A stretch of 64,000 nt of DNA, from assembly GCF_006345805.1 (NCBI RefSeq), contig NC_043006.1, positions 11,842,001 through 11,906,000 of the forward strand. Reading direction: 5' to 3'. The position numbers and the translations under genes were made by a program. The notes under the pieces were generated by a model. That model searched no databases. It worked only from the letters and a program-made list of their open reading frames with translations, and had not been told where the DNA came from. Numbering within the stretch: position 1 is the first letter of the stretch; every line of letters begins with the position of its first letter. Positions 52,949 through 64,000 of this stretch are shown here, one piece after another. This DNA comes from Octopus sinensis (taxonomy: Eukaryota).

Positions 52949-53464
52949 GCTGTACCAAAATTCGGCTAGTACTAATATTTATCTGAGTTGACTGGGCCAG
53001 AAATTGAACCTGCGACATTACTATCATGAGCCGAACATATTAATCATTAGGACATGCGCCTTTTACATATCATTAACAGCTTTGATAAAATTTAACAAAT
53101 GCAAAGTGAGTACAAAGTGAAACTGCGAAGCCACGTAGCTGTGTAATTTCTGTATATATGGCTATTCAGAATGCATATGGTTGAATTATTATATTAAGAG
53201 AAATCAATAGATAAGCTCGTTTGTCATATGCAGAAGCCAATGCTATTCCATCGCATCAGTGGTCAAGATTCTTACTGTAAGCAACCGGTTTCAGCTGATT
53301 CACCCTATCCTCCAGGCCACGCGACATCGCACAGTACTTTATACGATGTGTCATTCATAATTCACAACAGCCTTTCTTCCACCGGTTAATTTATCCTATT
53401 TAATCACCACCTCAGATTTCAAGGTACACACAGGACTGTCTACGATACTAAGTCAAAATCACGT

Positions 53465-54327
53465 TACGAGGCGTTCCGGTTAAATTCATGAATCTTTTTT
53501 AGGGCTCCATTTTTTAAGGAATAGCTTGATGTATTGGGGAACAATCAACTGCATTGGAGCGTATAAAAATGACAGTTGTAGCTGAGAAAAAGTTAACTGA
53601 CATAGAGGAAGGGAAGTTATCTGAATATTAGGAAAGGGTTACCTGTATCATCATAATTCGTGCCGAGTATCAAAATGCTCTTTGAACACTGCCAAGGCTG
53701 TAAGAAGTAACATGAACAGCTGGAACGGTAACTACGAAGCAAGCCGCGCCCAAACAGGATAGGTCACAACAGGCGTTCTGACTGCGTTCGCAGGCCGGAA
53801 TTGAATCTCGCATCTTTAAGTAGGGTTTTAGGGTCGATTCAGACGGATATGTGAAGCTGCTGGACAGGGTTGCTGCTGAAAGTCCATATGTGTGGCAACA
53901 GGGTTCTGTTCTTTGCTATACCCTCGCAAAGAGTGAGATGTCGTTGTCGGAGAAATTCTAAGGCTTCATCAGCTCTAATTTCTAGCTTCCTAATTCCATG
54001 GATTACTGTGTATGTATGTGAGGGGGGGGGGCGTTGAGAAAGGCACCAATCGGTCTGCCTGCAACATCAAGGCCAAGCCTATAGCTAAGATAAAGGAGGT
54101 GTTCGAAGATCTTCCAGGGACAAAGAGAAGGACGCCTTAGCCAGGTTCCGAAGCCGGACTGAGACCATGGTGGAAGGTGAGGGCGTCTTCTTTAAGTAAA
54201 CAGTTATCTCCCAGCCACAATCTAGTTGATATGCTTTAATCTTTTAAGACACCTTCATTTTTGAATTGAATATCGTGTTTTTCTTTGTGTCTTTCCAGAT
54301 TGTGAAATCTCGCCCGAACACCTTGTA
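53465..54327 (+). mobile_element. Internally deleted Tc1/mariner transposon with transposase remnant
   Basis: TA-flanked imperfect TIRs (CGAGGCGTTCCGG / CCCGAACACCTTG). 53820-54200 reads DGYVKLLDRVAAESPYVWQQ...VEKGTNRSACN...IKEVFEDLP...RFRSRTETMVEGEG with stops, typical of a DDE/D C-terminus. Confidence 0.75.
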
Positions 54328-54965
54328 TATAACACTATGAGTAATATGAATATTACATTATCATTTTATGGTCCAAAGCAAATTTCTTTGTTTGCTTATT
54401 ATTCATCAAACTGTTTATCCAATTTTAAATGTGAAAGAACTGCGGCTGAGTTTTGGAGAACTTCATTAAACTAATCAACCAGGCATATTCATCACTCTCT
54501 CATTCTCTCACTCCCCTTTTCTATCGCTTTTCTTTATGTGTGTGTGCACACACACATACACACACACACACAGACACCGACACACATGCAAACACTCACA
54601 GACAAGACACACACATGCTTACCATTTGTTGCCAGTGGCACTGTTCATGAACGAAGATGATTAGCTAGTTTACGGAAGTGGCGAGGCTGTATTGATTTGA
54701 TCAATGTTTTAATTGAGTCATCAGAGATGTCTCCAAGAAAACCCTGCCAAACGAACATTTCCAATTCCGAATTACTGATAGTCTAATAGACATAACATTT
54801 ACTGACAAGACAAATGCGAAAAGAAATGACTGGAACACAAACTCTACCTTGAGGACGAAATCCAATAAAAGACCATTGACTAATTTACGACACATCACTT
54901 ACTAATACAATACAACTACAAACATAGTTACATGTAAGAACCATTCCTTTCGTCTGTCTTCTTTC

Positions 54966-55191
54966 CTATACTGAAGTCTCAGATATTCTTGGCAAAACAA
55001 AGTGAGTAACATACGATCCATCTACATTTTCATCACTTTAGTATGTAACCTAACAAAGCGCCGTAGAATATGATTCCTCCTTTTTTTCTATACTGAACTC
55101 TCAGACATTCTTGACAATATAACATGAATAATATTCGATCTGTCTATATTTTCATCACTTTAGTATGTCACTTAACAAAGCCCCGTAGTAT
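54966..55191. repeat. Diverged tandem duplication, 122-bp period
   Basis: CTATACTGAA at 54966 and 55088; TTTTCATCACTTTAGTATGT in both units. Confidence 0.85.
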
Positions 55192-55774
55192 ACTCTTCGC
55201 CAAAAGCTTATATTCTCACAACAGCTACCTTCTTAAAGTGTCTCCCAGTACACAACGCTATTGTTATTTAGCGCCAGATGTGCTCTGATTAAGTAGGTGC
55301 ATGATCAAAGACAATTCATCTACTGCTTCATTGATCATTATATATAACACCCCATTCTTAACTTGGTACCATATGACTATAGGGTATATTTAGCTGCCTC
55401 GCTTTTTCAGGTTACCTTGACGGCTTATTTCCCTGTACGTGTTTACTTGCAGGATCAGGGGTAGAATTTCAACTGCAACAGAGAGAATCATGCAAATCTT
55501 GGCTCTCCTGTCTTCATCACGATATCATTTGACAATTCTTTAAAATGTTAGAAACATGTATGAATGCAAAAAAAAGATGATAATATTGCTGTGAAAGCAC
55601 TATCGTTGCGAATATTATTTTTAGCTGGTTAGGTTTTCCCACAAAATACGTCAAGTTGATTTCCATATTCAATGGGGATGTCATTGTATACATGGGCAAC
55701 GAATTTCAGGAAAATTCGAAACAAGCTTCACGTCAAATAATGCATTGTATAAATAGGATGACGTCTCCAATGTG

Positions 55775-55945
55775 TTGTTGTTGTTTGTTGTTGTTGTTGT
55801 TGTTGTTGTTGTTCTTCTTCTTCTTCTTCTTCTTCTTCTTCTTCCTTCTTCTTCTTCTTCTTCTTCTTCTTCTTCTTCTCTTCTTCTTCTTCTTCTTCTT
55901 CTTCTTCTTCTCCTCCTCCTCCTCCTTCTTTTTCTTCTTCTTCTT
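55775..55945. repeat. (GTT)n followed by a ~134-bp (CTT)n/(CCT)n polypyrimidine tract
   Basis: Direct reading; (GAA)n on the ERG sense strand. Confidence 0.95.
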
Positions 55946-55964
55946 GTTAATAATAATTTGGTGA

Positions 55965-56965
55965 TCTGGTACGATCGTTAGCACACTGGACAAAATGTTT
56001 AGCGGTATTTCGCCCGTCGCTACGTTCTTAGTTCAAATTCAGACGAGATCGACTTTGTTTTTCTATCTTTTCGGGGTCAATAAATTAAGTACCAGTTGCG
56101 TACTGGGGTCGCCCTAATCGACTGGCCCCCTTCCCCAAAATTTCGGGCATTGTGTATTGAGTTAAAACGATTATTATTGGTGAGTTGGCAGAATCATTAG
56201 CACGCTGGTCAAAATGGTATTTCGCCTGACGCAATGTTGTGAGTTCAAATTCCGCCGAGGTCGCCTTTACCTTTCAAACTTTTGGGGTCGATTAAATAAG
56301 TACAATTTATGCTCTGGGGTCGATGTGATCATCTTAATCTCTTCCCCAAAATTCGAGGCCTTGTGCCCAGCAATATTTCGCCCGTCGCTACGTTCTGAGT
56401 GGAAATTCCACCGAAGTCGACTTTGCCTTTCATCACTTCGGGGTTCGATTTAATAAGTACCAGTTATGCACTGGCGTCGATGTAATCGTCTTAATCTCCT
56501 CCTACCAAGCTGCCCTTGCGGTAAAAATTGGAGATCATTATAATTATTAAGGCGGCAAGTTGACAGAATCGTTAGCACGCCAGGCGAAATGCTTAGTGGT
56601 ATGGCGCCGAGGTCGACTTTGGATCTCGTCCTTTCGGAGTCGATAAATTAAATACCTGTTAAGTACTGGGGTCGATGTGATCGGCTCTCCTTCTCCCCAC
56701 AAAATCCAGGCCTTTGCTTATAGAAGAAAGGGTTAATTATTATTTTTAAAGCGGGGAGCTGGGGGAATTCTTCGCACACCTTGCAGACTGCTTAGCAACA
56801 TTTCCTCTTCCTGTACGTTCGTAGTTCAAATTCCACTGGGGTCAACTTTACTTTTCATCCTTTTGGGGTCGATAACATAAGTACAAGTTAAGCACTGGGA
56901 TCGATGTAATCAATTTAACATCTTTCATCAAAATTGCCGGCATTGTCCCAAAATTGAAAACCATT
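55965..56965 (+). mobile_element. Head-to-tail array of ~5 diverged SINE group B copies
   Basis: Core GGGGTCGAT...AAGTAC...CTGGGGTCG recurs five times, with ATTATT-like junctions. Confidence 0.85.
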
Positions 56966-58259
56966 AATATTATTGTTGGTGGTAGTGTTGGTTGTGTTGA
57001 CGTATTATTATTATTGTTGCTGATCTTGTTATTATCGATATTATTATGTGAATGCGTGTTGAATTGTGTCACAATATATTTGAATCTCGGCAAACAATCC
57101 GATATCGATTGGCTAGCTTTCACGTTCACTCGATATGACTCAGATTGCAGACTAAATAGAAAGTGAGAGTGAAAAAGAGAAAAAAGCCAAGAGTAAACGC
57201 ATCAATGACACTTTTTAGAACGATGGCCAAGCGTTCACAACCATGACGAAAACAGTCTGTACATTACTATTAATAATTCTGAGTTGCCATCGAAGTTATT
57301 TTCAATTCTGATCAAACTCGAAAATATAGTAAGGTTAACAAAATCAGTTCCATTATCAATTATGTGGGATCCACCATTATTATAGCATAATTATTTTCAA
57401 TAATAAATCATTTTTGGAAGAATATTGCGTATATAAACCGGATAGAAAGTCAATTGCTTTGCAGAATATGTAAAAAATTAATCAATCATAATATGATTTT
57501 GGAGTCCACTAGGTTTTAAGATGTAGGGTTCCTGACAACACTCATATATCTAGATCAGCGTCTTGTTTTATAATTTTCCGCGGTTTCATTGGTAGGACAA
57601 TGTGTCGAATAATATTAATATTGAAGAAATATTTGAAATGTATCTGCTTTGATAGATCAGTCTTGCAATCGATATTGGAGATTATCACATCGAATAATAA
57701 ATGATACATGCTGAAATTTAGGTCAGGTCAGGACAGATTACATTGCACACTGATGGAATTACATGGCAACTGGTAACCATATAATCCTATACTACCTGCG
57801 TAGAATCGATACTCAACTGGTCGTTACTGTGCTTTCCTAAGGAAGGTGGGGATTGGATAACCAACAAGATTAAAGCATGAAATCTGTTAGTAAAAGACAA
57901 GTTTCATGAAAGTCAAAAGTATTCAATCCTATCCTGGGTTCTACCAAGAGAAACGCCCTAATGGAAATTACTGTGTTTAACTCTACTAGGCTTCTGGGAG
58001 TTGAAAAAGGCCCATGACAGAGGGAGCTGGAAAACTTTCGTCTGAAACAAATAGTCGCTCCAAAAGCAGAAACGGATTATAGACAAATTGACGAGATGTG
58101 ATGCCGAACAAGAATTAGGCATCAGATGAGGAAATTTGGTTCATATAAGGGTCCCTTGACCATTAGGTCCGTAGCATGCTTTAACACATATCTGAATGAA
58201 TATGAGACAGTGTAAATACAAAATATCTTCGATGGCTGTGGCGAGTAGACAGAAGTACT

Positions 58260-58632
58260 GTTAGTTAGTTAGTTAATTTGGCTCAAAAGCAAATAGCAAA
58301 GCCATGTAGGGGGACATGGAGTTAAGTACAGGGTGGTGTTCATGTAAAGAGTTCAGGCCACTTGAGGTCAAGGGAGGCTTTGAACAAAGCGGTCGTCGGC
58401 ATCTTCACCATCTCGTCTGGCAGCTTGTTCCACGGATCCGCAACCCGGACGGAGAAAGCTCCTCTCCTTCGATTGAGATGAAATCGTCGCAGGTAGAGCT
58501 TTTCGGAATGACCCCGCAGCCGACGCTCTGGAGCAGGAGTGAAGAACAGCTCTTTCGAGAGGTTACACTTTCCGCTTATGATGTTGTGGGCGAGAATGAG
58601 ATCACCACGGCGGCGGCGTTTTTCAAGAGAAC
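58260..58632 (-). mobile_element. 5'-truncated CR1-clade LINE 3' end, uninterrupted frame, (TAAC)n tail
   Basis: SLEKRRRRGDLILAHNII...RRLRGHSEKL...FSVRVADPWNKLPDEMV...FKASLDLKWPELFT* (TGA 58342-58340) matches CR1 RRLRGDLI / RGH..KL / WN.LP / FK..LD. Confidence 0.9.
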
Positions 58633-59112
58633 TGTTTTAGCATGGTGCCATGTGATATATTAAACACTACGTGCTGATTAATTCCATTCCTGACCGTTTC
58701 GTATTTTAACTTTTGATTATGAAGAATGGTCAGTGGTATTCTAAATATTACTCACCTATATTTGATTTTGAACCAAAGCAACAAGTCAATATACCCAGGT
58801 GAATCTAATATCCTTCTATGATTTTTTTCTTGCTCAAAACACAATCGATGATATCTATCTAATCTGATGGCAGCGTTAAACCGTAAATAAATATAATGGT
58901 TTAGTTATTCATATATGCATACACATATATCAGACTCTCTGCACGGTTCTCTGCATACGTATATTGAGTACTTTGATCTTTTCACATTAAGAAAGAAAAA
59001 CTTAATATATATACAGTAAATCTATCTCTTTATTTCTGTATATACCTTCTCTCTATTTCTCTAATTTGTCCTTCTGTCTTTCTGTCTTTCTTTATCACCA
59101 ATGTATGTATTG

Positions 59113-59164
<52 letters not shown>

Positions 59165-60627
59165 TGTATGTATGATGTATGTATGTATGTATGTATGTAT
59201 GTATGTTAGTAGGTATGCATGTACGTATTGTATGTATGTAGTATGGATGTATGGGTGTATGTATGTACATGCATATGCATACGTGTTTGAGAGTTTATTA
59301 TGTGTGTGTATACCTGAATATTTGTTTCACGTGTTTATTAACATAAGCATACCTGAAGTTTAGCTGTGTCTAAAGAAAATTGATTACATTCAATTGCGAG
59401 ATAATCAACAGTTGCGATCTGTTTCCTCTTTGCAGCAACCCTTTACTCGATATTTGAAGAACTAGAATGGTGGCAACACTGTATTTGCTCGCCTTCTGGT
59501 TCTGTAAACTCTTTGATTGTAGGGAAACGTTTTCCGCTCTAATAACATCCTTAGAAGCTTAACTGATGAAATCGACTTTTAAGTCCTAGTTACTGCACAT
59601 ATACATACGTGTATGATTGTAAAATTGGAGACCAAACACAGGAATGAATGTAACATTTGCTAGGTTATTGATCAAAGTTTTTACTGTTAAAATTGGTTAT
59701 TATATAAATCAACAAACCTTAAGCATCCGCTTTGGAAATGGCATACAAATAGCATGAAATGTAGATATTTTAGAAATAATTCTAAAGCATTTATAATGAT
59801 AAGGACAGTAAAAGTCTGTTAAAATTCTCATAACAGTCATTCTTTATGCTGCATTGACGAAAATGTCATCGAGTGAGTTATGTTCAAAACACGTGATCTG
59901 TTTTGCCAGTCTACATCCAAATACTGTTTTTGACGCATATTCCTTTAATCCGAAATATTCTAAATATATTTGCAACTAATGGCATCAGCTTCAGCTGAAC
60001 ATTTCACAGAGAAAATGAAACTTTAGAAGGATTATAGCAAATAGGTAAGTTGTTAAGCTCATGTTAAAGAATTTGTAGATTGCCAATAACAACACTTGCT
60101 TGATTTGGTATTAAGATGCCAAAAGATCATGACACATAAATAGCGATAAATAATGGATTTGTTTATGAGCTCGGAGGTTTTGGAGAAAATAATAGAAATT
60201 AATATATTTGTTATCATAAAGAATCAAAATATGACACTCTCTATAGCTGAATGTGAAGGTTAGAAATACATCATACAATTTCGAAAATATCGAATCGTGT
60301 GGAAAATACAACAGAAAACGACGACCTTGGCAAAACTGATATGAATGATTATAAATTTGCTTGAATATATTTTGTTTTGGAAGATATTAAGAGATCTAAT
60401 TTACAAAAATGGAACACTGGAAGGAGAATTTGTTTGGTTTCCGTTATTGCCGTTTGTTTTGAAGACGGTAAAATACAAGTAGCGAAGCACTTGGATTGTA
60501 GTTGTTTTGTTACATAAGTCTACTTTCTAAGTTCACTTTTGGCCAGGGTTGAATATACTTGTCCACTATTCACAATGTACAAAATAATCCTCAGTGTTCT
60601 AATTTCTCTGATGAAACGTCTGGACTT

Positions 60628-60636
60628 GTTCCAATA

Positions 60637-60695
<59 letters not shown>

Positions 60696-60755
60696 GTACC
60701 TATATATCTATCTATCTATCTATCTATGTACCTATATATCTATCTATCTATGTAC

Positions 60756-60799
<44 letters not shown>

Positions 60800-60800
60800 A
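60628..60800. repeat. (TATC)n array
   Basis: Direct reading. Confidence 0.95.
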
Positions 60801-62164
60801 TGTATTATACACACACACATATATACGTATATACACATAAATATGTGTATGTGTGTGTGTTTGTGTTTACTTGATGTCGAACATACAATTCGATCCTTCA
60901 CTAAACTGATATAAAACAATAATAATACGCGAACTCATTTGAACTAGGCATTTCAACAAGATACAAATTTCCGTTTTGTTAAGAATAATTTCCTCTGCAT
61001 TTGATTGCTTGGCTCGGTTAATAATTGCAGTTGTTTATAGTATTTTAGGCAATACAGAAAACAACGACCAGGACACAAAATGAAAATAGTGAACAAAAAA
61101 AAAAAGTCTACCTGTTGATCAATAATTTAGAATAAAAAAAATTACATTATGATTAACAACATATTTAAATTTTAATTTCCATGTTGATACGGTTTGTAAT
61201 TATTGTTTTATAACGTAAAATTTTAAAACACTTTTTTTTCGAACTACAATTTTAAAGCTAATATTTCGGTTTTCAGACAACGAAAAGCAAAGCAAATAAT
61301 TACATAAAATAATATAAATGGACATCAAAGTATGTCCCGAATTATTTCTAGGTTTAATAGCGGTGACAAATTGCCAGCAAGAATCATTGAATTTGAAACA
61401 ATTAGAACTTATCGACTCAGTTACAATAATATTCTGAGGATCAAAAGTATGGTTTAAAGCATCTTTGGTCCTGAAAATATGTTCTGCAGAAATTACCATC
61501 ATATAAATCTCTAAAGATAGATTCAGCCGTAACTACTAAAATATCTATTACTAGGCATTCGCCCACTAATAACAGAGATAAGTACTTATCTCGGCAAAGA
61601 GTGTTCTGATGACGTATTACTATAAACAACGACTGCGCTGGATAATTATAACTTAGGACATCACTTTCTTTTACAATATCTCAATACATCTCATAGCGAG
61701 GATGGTCTAACTAGATAGCATAGAATTAGTAGGAAAATTTCGCCTTCCATATTCTCATGACATAAACTGCTTGCAATAAAGTTTTCGAAACTTGAGTTAT
61801 GAGAAACTAGCATCGTCGTATTTTATTTAGGAGGTAAATGTTTTATATCTCACAGTAGCAATTAACCTGATTGTAGTTAAGTAGGTTGTTTTCAATAAGT
61901 GGTAAATCTTAAAGGACAAGCAGAGTTTCCCGAGAAGCAGGTTCGATTATTGTATATATCTATTTTAGTTTGAACGTCACAATATGCTATACTTCTTCTT
62001 TCCGGGTTAACTTTATTGCCATCATTATGATTGTTAGAGGATGTTATATACCTGCTCTAAAATACAAGAAGAATCAACGAGGGAATTCTACTTTGTTATT
62101 CAATATGTTAGAAATATCAGCCAACAATTCCCCAAACCATGCCATACTTTTTTAGTAACTAACT

Positions 62165-62610
62165 GTGACCTCCTTCGGTCATGAATGACCATGGAACCCA
62201 GAAAGTTAACCTCCGAGGTATAATTCTGGGCAAGGTCGTTTATGGAAGACCAGCAGTCGCCCACGCATACCAGTCTCCCCTCTCTACACCACCAGTGTTA
62301 TCCAAGGGAAAGCCAAAGGCTTGGCACCAATGATGTCGCAGCTTATTTATTAGTGGCTGTACACTTAACGTAGTTCTCGAGGAGATTCAGCGTGACACAG
62401 AGTGTGACAAGGCTGGCCTCTTTGAAATACAGGTACAACAGAAACAGGAAGAAAGAGTGAGAGAAAGTTCACCACCACCCCCTGCCGGAGCCTCGTGGAG
62501 CTTTAGGTGTTTTCGCTCAATAAACACTCACAATGCCCGCTCAGGGAATCGAAACCGCGATCCTACGACCGCGAGTCCGCTGCCCTAACCACTGGGCCAT
62601 TGCGCCTCCA
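62165..62610 (-). mobile_element. Group A SINE (62355-62610, 3'-truncated) abutting a group C tail (62165-62345)
   Basis: Matches to the 10261 and 34259 copies respectively. Confidence 0.8.
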
Positions 62611-63016
62611 CATTAACTAACTACGCTTCTAAAAATATGATCTTTCATTCACTTGTAATTACAGAAAAGATCGAAAGGTCACAGTTTCAGTGTCCTGAAA
62701 ATAGTTCAGAGTTGTCCAGGGGTAATCTAAAGCAATAAAGGTGTAAATCACACTGGGTTCATTACAAACTACAAAGATGCAATTGTTTGAAGTAGAGTTT
62801 TGAATTAGAATTCTTTTATTTAATTTCGTTTCTTCAGGAATATTCTTAGTCTTTAAAACTACAGTATTTATAAAAGAAGCTTTGCTATATTCTAGGGTTT
62901 ATTCAGTAGATTGCATCCTTCCCGAGAGATTCTGACCACACAAACACACACACTCGCACACGTACACACGCATACATGCACACATACATACACACATACA
63001 TACATACATACATATA

Positions 63017-63411
63017 GGAGTAGCTGTGTGGTAAGTAGCTTGCTAACCAACCACATGGTTCCGGGTTCGGTCCCACTGCGTGACATCTTGGGCAAGTGTC
63101 TTCTGCTATAGCCCCGGGCCGACCAATGCCTTGTGAGTGGATTTGGTAGACGGAAACTGAAAGAAGCCTGTCGTATATATGTATATATATATGTATGTGT
63201 GTGTGTTTGTGTGTCTGTGTTTGTTCCCCTAGTATTGCTTGACAACCGATGCTGGTGTGTTTACGTCCCCGTCACTTAGCGGTTCGGCAAAAAGAGACCG
63301 ATAGAATAAGTACTGGGTTTACAAAAAGAATAAGTCCCGGGGTTGAGTTGCTCGACTAAAGGCATGGCCGCAGTCAAATGACTGAAACAAGTAAAAGAGT
63401 AAAAGAGTAAA
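63017..63411 (+). mobile_element. SINE group D
   Basis: Highly similar to 47519-47894. Confidence 0.85.
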
Positions 63412-64000
63412 ATATTATACACATATATACATAATAAAATTCAAAATTCGAAATAGTATTGTGTTAAAATATAAACCTCGTTGTATTCAGTTATTCGTCA
63501 GTCTTGTAAGTGTTATGAATTCAGTGATGCCTGCTTTCAGTTCATAAACAACAGAATAATGAATTTAATTCGTTATCATCCTGTACCGGAAAGCAAAGTA
63601 CGTGACTCTAAGTTTAAACGTTCTTGCGAGTTATGACTGTAGTATTTTAAACCCCATTAAAACTCTCTCACCGTGTTCAGTGCCAAAAGGAACCAATATC
63701 CTAAATATAAATGAGTTTGGAATGGCCTAAGTGGTAATAAAAGGAAACCAAATTTTTCACAGTATAGGAAAATTCCAATGCCAATAAGCAGTTCCTAGAG
63801 GTTTAAGGTGGCACCAGTACAGATATTTGTGTTGTTGGTGACATTGTTGTTGCTATAGTTGTTTAGCCAATGGTCGGCGTTGGTACAGGAAACCTATCAT
63901 CACATTTTCTTATATTTTACATCGAAGCCTACATTACCTGGTGTGCCCTTTTATTTTTTAAGATAGTAAAACGTGATTTGAAGAATATTCGGCTGTTATT

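Noticed and set aside
53275-53325. Minus-strand CAGCT-GAAACCGGT-T, same 3' half as the 36903 motif
   Set aside because: 5' core (CTGGAGGA) and helix II too degraded to call.
55965-56965. Repeat-spacer-like periodicity suggesting CRISPR
   Set aside because: Units are ~200-bp SINE copies in eukaryotic DNA; no short identical repeats with unique spacers and no cas genes.

Overview
AT-rich, microsatellite-dense eukaryotic DNA, most likely Octopus (inferred from the SINE repertoire, not a database match). The only supportable protein-coding feature is a 400-bp minus-strand exon (4204-4603) of an ERG-type (KCNH2/6/7-like) K+ channel covering S4, S5, the pore and the start of S6. Its splice sites and phases match human KCNH2 exon 7, and it naturally carries the equivalents of the hERG inactivation-removing changes S620T and S631A. 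The remaining ~63 kb appears intronic. It holds at least four tRNA-headed SINE groups, R4/Dong-like, RTE and CR1 LINE fragments, Tc1/mariner remnants, a non-autonomous Helitron, and long (TA)n, (TATC)n and (AAT)n arrays. The main unexplained signal, found by eye, is ten minimal type I hammerhead-ribozyme-like motifs, five per strand. They have short self-complementary helix III (Penelope/retrozyme style) and recurrent core variants (U3-A8, C4, U6, extra A after A9). Several sit in fold-back or direct-repeat structures. Every copy has at least one defect and none has been tested. Most ORFs in the supplied track are microsatellite artefacts.
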